A stretch of DNA of 64,000 nucleotides from a virus. Its lineage: Duplodnaviria; Caudoviricetes. The stretch covers positions 1,620 to 65,619 of the IMG/VR virus record IMGVR_UViG_3300043548_000091. One strand, given 5' to 3'. How positions within the stretch are numbered: position 1 is the first letter of the stretch; the number at the start of each line of letters is the position of its first letter. Shown here piece by piece: positions 17,854 through 25,500 of the stretch. Both the position numbers and the translations under genes were made by a program. The notes beneath the pieces are model-generated. The model saw only the letters and a program-made list of their open reading frames with translations, had not been told where the DNA came from and ran no database searches.

Positions 17854-19524
17854 ATGATGAACATCGAGCAGATCACCGCCCGGCTGGCCAAGCTGCCGGA
17901 CCAAGCCTTGCAGCAGTATGCTGCGATGCACAAGAACGACCCCTACATCATTGCGCTGGCGGTCTCCGAGTCCAACCGTCGCAAGCAGATGCGCCAAGCC
18001 GCGCAGGGTGCGCAAGGCGAGATGGAGCAGCCCACGGTCGTGGACCAAGACATTGCCGAGATGGCTCCGGCCCCTGTTGCGCCGCAGCAAATGATGCCCG
18101 AGGACACTGGGATTGCGCAGCTTCCCGTGGGCGAGATGGAGTTTGCCGGTGGCGGCATCGTGGCGTTCGCTGACGGCGGCGACGTGGAGCGGTATCAAAG
18201 CTCGGGGCTGGTGCAGCCGCAGCAACGCCCCGGGGAGAGCTTTGAAGACTTCCGTCGTCGGGCTTTTCAAGAGTCGTTGCTTGCAGAGCAGGCACGGCGA
18301 CAGCGAGAGTACGAAGCCGCAGAAGCTGCGCGTCAGCGCGTGTTGGCGGAGCGAGGCGGTTCGGCTATTCCGCCCAGCCCCTATGGCATTCAGCGCGGGC
18401 CGTTGGTTCCTTCGGGAGTTACACCCGTGCCCGTGGCAACGCCCGCAGCCGCAACGTCAACTGCGCCTCAACCGGTGCGCACGCCTGACCCGATGACGGC
18501 AGCGCAACCCACGACTAGCACCTACACCCGCACTGGCGGTGACCCGGGCCCCGGGCGCAGGCCGGAAGCTCCCACGACTGCGCGCGCCGAAGTTGACGCT
18601 GCGGGCACCACCCCTGCACGCACTGGGGTTCCCGGCATGGACGTTGGCCGAATGGTTCGCGATGCGTTGACCGCCGCAGGTCAAGAGAAAAACCCGTTTG
18701 CCACTGACCTGAAAGAAATTGGCGAGGCCAAAGTTCGCGCCAAGGAGGAAGAGGTCAAAGGGCTGGAGGCAATTCAGAAACAGTTTGCCGACATCTACAA
18801 GGGCCGCAAGGAGCGCCTTGACACTCGCGAAGGCGAGCTTGGCAAGATGAAGGACCAGCAACAAGGGCTGGCGTTGCTGCAAGCGGGCGCGGCGATGATG
18901 ACCACCACCGGTGGTATCGGCAAAGCGCTGGGCAAAGGCGTGCAGGTGGGCTCCGAGCAGTACGCTGCTGGGCTGGAGAAGCTGCAAGCGGCCAAGGACA
19001 AGATTGTCGAAGCGCGCGATCGGCTGGAGGAAATTGAAGCCCAGCGCAACGAGTTGTCTGCCCGCGAATTGAACCGCGCCCGTAACGAGGTCAAACAGAC
19101 CGGCATTTCTGCCCGAGAAGACTTGGTCAAGTCGAACATGCAGATGTACGGCGTCAACCGCGAGACCGCCATGAAAATGGTGGACATGCAGGTCCGTGTC
19201 GGCACGACGCAAATGGAGATCGCCAGCCGTGAGCGCGTGGCTGCCACGTCGGCTGCTGCGGCAGCCCGTAACCCACAGCTTGAAGTGCTGCGCGCAATCA
19301 CCAGCGATCCGAAACTACTGCAAACCTACCAAGCCATGCACGGCTCCAAGTCGAGCATCATGGATGAGTACACTAAATTTCTTAAAGAGAACCCGACGCT
19401 TATGGGCGACGAGCAAAAGGCGCTGGCAGCGTTCTTGCGGGCAAAAGGTGTGTTGGGCGGTATGGGTGCGAGTGCACCCGCTGCTGGGCAAGGTGGCGGA
19501 ACCGTGTTGCCTCGTAAGGATTAA
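17854..19524 (+). CDS. Internal virion / ejection protein
   Basis: 556 aa helical protein with FAGGGIVAFADGG; sits between ejection genes. Confidence 0.7.
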   Translation: MMNIEQITARLAKLPDQALQQYAAMHKNDPYIIALAVSESNRRKQMRQAAQGAQGEMEQPTVVDQDIAEMAPAPVAPQQMMPEDTGIAQLPVGEMEFAGGGIVAFADGGDVERYQSSGLVQPQQRPGESFEDFRRRAFQESLLAEQARRQREYEAAEAARQRVLAERGGSAIPPSPYGIQRGPLVPSGVTPVPVATPAAATSTAPQPVRTPDPMTAAQPTTSTYTRTGGDPGPGRRPEAPTTARAEVDAAGTTPARTGVPGMDVGRMVRDALTAAGQEKNPFATDLKEIGEAKVRAKEEEVKGLEAIQKQFADIYKGRKERLDTREGELGKMKDQQQGLALLQAGAAMMTTTGGIGKALGKGVQVGSEQYAAGLEKLQAAKDKIVEARDRLEEIEAQRNELSARELNRARNEVKQTGISAREDLVKSNMQMYGVNRETAMKMVDMQVRVGTTQMEIASRERVAATSAAAAARNPQLEVLRAITSDPKLLQTYQAMHGSKSSIMDEYTKFLKENPTLMGDEQKALAAFLRAKGVLGGMGASAPAAGQGGGTVLPRKD

Positions 19525-19536
19525 GCTGCGTACAAT
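19507..19536 (+). promoter_or_regulatory. Candidate sigma70 promoter upstream of the giant gene
   Basis: TTGCCT-18 nt-TACAAT. Confidence 0.45.
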
Positions 19537-19540
19537 CTAA

Positions 19541-19574
19541 GCGCTGTCTGCCCGGCCCAGACAGCGCATTTTCT
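19541..19574 (+). terminator. Hairpin / candidate intrinsic terminator
   Basis: Perfect 10-bp stem GCGCTGTCTG/CAGACAGCGC followed by ATTTTCT. Confidence 0.5.
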
Positions 19575-19598
19575 CAGGCCGACACAATTCGACTCGCT

Positions 19599-22500
19599 AT
19601 GGCACAGTACATCACGCTCCCCAACGGTAGTTTGTTTGAAATCCGGAAAGGCGAGTCGCGAGAAACTGCCCTTGCCAAAGCGATCGAGCAGTACCCTGAA
19701 GCGTTTGGATTCGGCCCGCAAAAAGCTGCGGAGCAGCCGCAGTCTGGCTTCACCCCCGCGCTCAAGTCTGGCTACTCCGAACTGAAGTCGGGCATCGCCG
19801 CCCTTGCCGGACGTACCGGCATCATGGACCAAGAAGCGGCGGAGAAGTACATCAAAGAGCAGGAGGCGTACCAGCAGCGCACCTTCAAGCCCACCGCCAC
19901 CTTTGGTGAAGCGCCTGTCACCAAGACTCTGGAACTGCTGGGCGGTTCGTTGCCGTATATGGCAGCGCCGGTGGTTGCTGGCGGCGCTGTGGCGCTGACG
20001 CCTTTGACGGGTACTGCCGCCACCATTGCTGGACTTGGCGCAGCAGGCGCGGCGTCTGCCGGACAGTTCACGGGCTCCAACCTGCGCAGGCAGATGGAGG
20101 AAGGCAAGGCCCTTGGGGAAACTGAACTGGGCGCTGCTGCTGCCGCCGCGCTTCCGCAGGCCGCGCTGGACATGGTCAGCTTCCGCATGATCCCCGGCAT
20201 CCGCCAGCTTTTCACCACGGCAGGCAAAGAGATCGCCCCGGCAGCCGCCAAGCGCATCGCCGAGCAAGGCGTCAAGGATATTGCCAAGGACTACACGCTT
20301 GCCACCGGCAAGGCCATGACCGCCGAAGGTCTGACCGAAGCTGGCCAACAAGTTCTGGAGCGGATGCAGGCAGGCTTGAGCCTGACCGATGAAAAGGCCC
20401 GTTCCGAGTACATCGACAGCCTGATTGGTGGCGCGGTGCTGGGTGGCGTGTTGTCGCCCGCTGGCCGCTATGTGGAGCGTCGAGGCGAAGCAGCCAAGCA
20501 AGAAGCCGAGCGCCTGCAAAAGGCGCAGGAAGTGCGCGCTCAGGAAGAGGCACGTCGTGCTTCTCCGGAAGGGCAGGCCGCGTTTGTCCAAGACTACGAC
20601 GCCCGATCTGCGCGGCTGACCGAACTCAAGGCGGTGCCCAAGCCCGGCAAAGACGCCACTCCTTTAGAGCGCGCCGAATACGCGGAAGTCAAAAAGGAGC
20701 GCGCCAAACTTGAGGCCCAGTTGACCCGAGACGCCTCCGCGTACAAGACGGCCAAAGCTGCTGTGCAGCAGGCCATGCGCACCGATCCGGAGGCAGCAGC
20801 CAAGCTGGCGGAAATCGAGGGTACGGCCACCGCCGACGCCCAGACCCAGCCCTATTTTGTTGAGCCCCAAGGCACGCTGCCCGGCATGGAGGCTGTGCCC
20901 TCGGCGGCTGCGCCCGCCGCCGAGGCGGAGTTTGTGGACTACGCGTCCCAGATTCGCAACCTCGAAGGCAGGCTGGACGACCTGCGCACGCAGGCCCAGA
21001 GCACCACATCGCTGGACGAAAAGCTGGCATTGAACCAGCAGTACGAGAAGATTAAAGCCGCGCTGCGTGACGCGGAGTTGGCCAAGAAGGAACAGGACAA
21101 GGCCGCCGCCGGGCCCGAGGGCAAGATTGCTGCACTGCGCAAACGCATGGTCAAGGCGGAGGAAGATGGCGACATCACCGCACAGGCGCGCATTGCCACG
21201 CAACTCAAGGAACTGGGCGTCACCGACCTGAGCGAAGTCGCCGCGCCGGAGCAGGGCACGATCCCGCTGGCCCCGTTCAAGACCAAGGTTGAGGACCGCG
21301 CAGCCTACGCCGCCCGGGTGTTCCAGCCCGGCGCAGCCGACATCGAGGCGCAGGAACAAGAAGCGTTGGTGGAGGCCGAACGGCAGCGGGAAGAGGCGGT
21401 CAAAGAGGCTGAGCGCGAGCGCAAGATTGCTCCCGAAGTTGTTGCACTGCGGCGCATCAAAGAAGCACAACGCCCTGTTTTTGCTGAAGGTGTGCAGCGT
21501 CAAGGCCAAGTCTCTGGCATGGTGGATAAGATTGTCGATGCCGCTTTGCGTACCGACGGTAAGGCCCCCGGACGGGTGATTTCCGGTGTGGCCCCCACGG
21601 ATGTCAGCAAGGCCGACGCTCTTCGTGGTCAGCTTGCACTGGCGCGCGCTACGGACAACCGCCCCCGGGCGCAGGAGATCATCGAGCAACTCAAGGCCAT
21701 CGGAGAGTCCGAGGCCGACACGGGTGGTGACATCGAGGCAGGCCAGACGGTCAAAAAAGCCGGGGTTGAGGGCCGTCTGTCGGCTCAAACCATCATGGAC
21801 AACCGCGTCACGCGCATGTCCCAGTCCCAAATGGCCGCCTTCAACAAGCTGGCCGACTACGTGCAGACCGTGCGGGAGGGTGACCAAAACGTCGCCGAGG
21901 CCAAGAAGCAGACCCTGCGCGACGCTGCCGAGCGCCTGAAAGACACCATCGTCGGGCTGGCGCTCAACGAGATGGACGCCCGCCGTGCGCAGGCCGGGCT
22001 GCCCGAACTGACCACGGAGAAGAAGCTGCTGGCGGTCAGCCGCCTGAACGGTGTGCTGAACGAAATGATTACTCGCGGAGCGGGGGTTTTTTCGCCGGAA
22101 GAAAAGGCGGCGACGCGCGGCACTTTGGTCCTTGGCAGCGCCGCGCCGCAGGGCGGTCAGAAGTCTGTGCGCGTCAACACGCCGTTCGACGACAAAGCGG
22201 CACAGGCGCAAGCGGCGCTAGAAGCTGCTGAAAAAGATGCAGCACCCAAGCTATCCGCCGCTAGAGCGCGGCGTGAAGAACTGCGGGAACAACTGGCGCA
22301 GCCCAACGCCGATCAACGCGCTTTGGAACAGGCGTTAACTTACGATCCCGTGCTCAAAGATGCCGATGCCGCAGAACGCGCTGTGCAGGCGGCCCGACAA
22401 GCGCTGGCGGTTGTCAAACAGCAGCAACGCGAGTTCCTGTCTCGTAAGGGCAACCAGCCTGCGGGTGGTCCGGGCATGTTCAACAACTTCACGGCAGCCG

Positions 22501-25500
22501 CCAATGCGCTTCGTGCCCAGATGCGCAACGTGATTGACGAGGTCGGCGAGATCAAGGCCCCCGAGCCCCGCAAGGCTCCCCCGCTCAAGCCTCGCGTTTC
22601 CAACGAACTGCGCATGATGTTTCAAGGGCAGGAGCGCCCGGTCAATGAGCAGTTTGACGCCGCGTTTGACCGCGCCAAGTCCGATGAAGACTACCGCACG
22701 CTCAAAGAAATCCAGCGCGTGTACGGCAAGCTGTCTGATGCTGCCCGCGAAGAAGCTGTGGCGCAGGTGCGCCGCGTCGAGACCGGCCAGCCGCTGGAGG
22801 TTCGTGGGGCCCTGAAAGACGAGCTTGCCGATCTGGCACGCGCCGGACAAAGCGATCAGGGGCAAGCCGAGATGTTCACGGGCGAGGACGAGCGCAGCAT
22901 CTCCCGCGCCACGACTGCCAACTTCATGCGGTTCCTTAACAGCGCGGAAGTCAAGAAGCGCCGAATGCAGATCGACGAGGCGCGCAAGCAGGCCGAGTTC
23001 CAAGCCAAGCGCGCCGCCACGATTCAGAAGAAGATTGACGAGGAAGAGAAGAAGCAGCAGGACATGCTGGACAAGCTGGAGATTGCCAAGAACAAGTCTC
23101 CGGTTGAAGCCGCGCGTGAGCGCCTTGCGTCCGTCACCGACAAAAACAAAGAGGCCGTTGCGCTGGCCAAACAGATTAATTCTCAACGCACGGTAATACG
23201 CATTCGTATGGCGTCCATGGTGCGCCAGATTTCCGACGCGTTGGATAAAGCCAAGAAGAAAGAAGCCGAGATTGAAGACCTTGTCGGCTACATCTTTAAG
23301 GAAGCCACGCTTGACCCCAATAACGCTGAGTATCAAAAGCGTCTAGGGGAGTTCTTGGATCAGCAGACTGCTGCGGCCAAGGCGGTTGAGTCTGTGGAGA
23401 AGGCGCTGGAGAAGGCCCGGGCCACCCAGACTCGCGTCATTGAGGACCATGCCAAAGACACGATCGACAACGCGCTGATCAGCGAAGGAGCCAAAGCCCA
23501 GCGCAAGATCGACAAGGCGGAGCAGGAACTCAAGGCCGCGCAGGAAGAAGAGGCTGGCGCACAGCGCCGCCTTGATGCTGTGCGCCAAGACATCAAGCCC
23601 CCGCGTCCCCAGACCCCCGCTGAAAAACTTGCCGAGCTGCCTGTCGAAGGCGTCACCCGCGTCTACCGCGACACGTCCGCGCCCGAGGTGCGGGCTAAGG
23701 TTGCTGCACTGCGCAAGACCATTGGCAAAGCCGAAGAGGCGCACGCCAAGGCCATGGAAAGCGGCGACGAAAAGGCGATGGAAGAGTCTATCAAGGCGAT
23801 TGAGTCCGCGTACGACAAGATGTACGAGATTCTGGCTAACGCACCGGTCCGCCGCGAAGCGCAAATGTCGGCAGAAGAAGCCCGGGCATTTGAGGAATAC
23901 GAAGCCGCACAGCGCGCGACGGTTGAGAAGACCATCAAACTTTTCCAAGAGAAGGCGGGCATCCCCCCGCTTAAGCTGACTGAGCGCCGAACTGTGGCGT
24001 CGGTCAAGAACGTCAAGACCGGGCGCGTCGAGACGCAGATCAAGAAGGAGTCGGTCGCGCAGCAGGAGAAGCGCGTCAAGGAAGAAGCTGTCACCGGCAA
24101 GTACCCGGCTCGTGCGCTGGAGGAGTTGGCCAAGGCCCGCGCTGAACTGAAGACGGTGCAGGACCAGATCGCCTATATCGACGCCAATCCCGCAGCGCCG
24201 CGCAGCGAGGCCAAGGCACGTCAGACCGCAGCCCGCACCGCCGCTGTTGCCAAGCGCAAGGCGCTGGAGGCCAAGGTTGCCAACCTAACCAAGGCTCAGA
24301 AGGAAGTAGTGGCCGAGGCCCGTGTTGAGAAGGAGGCCGAGAAAGCGCTCAAGAAAGAGCGCCGCCGGATGCTGCGCGAGGATGAATATGAGTTTTCTCG
24401 CGGTGCCGCCACCGAAGGCCAGACGGTTGCGCAACTTGAAAAAGCGCTCGATCGGGCTATTGGCGAGAAAGGGTTGGCTGCTCGGCGCATCAAGTTGTTT
24501 AGCTCAGTTGCTGATTTTTTTGCCTCCAAGGAAGCGTACGACTACGAGGGCGCAGACATTCCGTCCGACGCCAAGGCTTTTGTCAATCCGAAAAACGGCG
24601 ACGTGTTTATGTTCGCCAACAACATTGCGGCAGACGAGTCCGTTGGCGTACTGCTACACGAGGTTGGGGTCCACATTGGCTTCAGAAAACTTTTTAGTGC
24701 CGCAAAGTTCAACGCGCTTGTGCAGTCGGTTAAAAACTGGGCTGCGCAAAAAGACGGGTCTTTGGAATCCAAGATTGCGCAACGCGCGCTTGCGCGAGTT
24801 AAAGCGGCTGAAACTTCTGCGGAGCAATTTGATGAGGAGTTGTTGGCGTACGCGGTAGAAGAAGCCGTGAAAGCTGGTGTCAGTCCTTCTGCTTTAAAAA
24901 ATGGCAGCCCTATTCAAAATTGGCTGCAACTTGTACTGGCGGCGTTGCGCAATGCCCTAACTGCGTTCGGCATCAATCCGAACAAACTCACGTCTGGCGA
25001 TCTGGTCAACATGGCCTACGGCGCGGCACAGCTTGAAATTCGTGGCACTTGGCACGGCAGTGACGCTAAATTTACCGCCTTTGATAGCAAGAAAGCAGGA
25101 GCAGGGGAGGGCGCGTTTGATCGGCGTTTTGACGGAACCAATAACTTAGGGCCCGGGCCATACACCACGCCGCAGCAAGAGTACGCAGAGTACTACCAGT
25201 ATGCGGTACCGTTTGGTAAAGCTGCAAACGCAACCGGTTACGGTGACCGCAGCTATCAAGACTATCGCGCCTTGGATGAGCGCTTTATGGGGGCAAACAA
25301 CGCCGAACTTACGCCTGACGAGCTACAGGCTAAGTTTGAATCGCGTTTGCTGAACGCCTATCTTAGAGGTGTTAATGCGGGAGAAAGCCTAAACCCCACA
25401 CAAAACACGTCCGCGCAAAAACTGCTGGAGAAATTGACCGCTTCCGTTCGCACGCCTGCTGAGCAGGCAGCGGTAGCCACGCTGTCTTTGAATAATTTGC

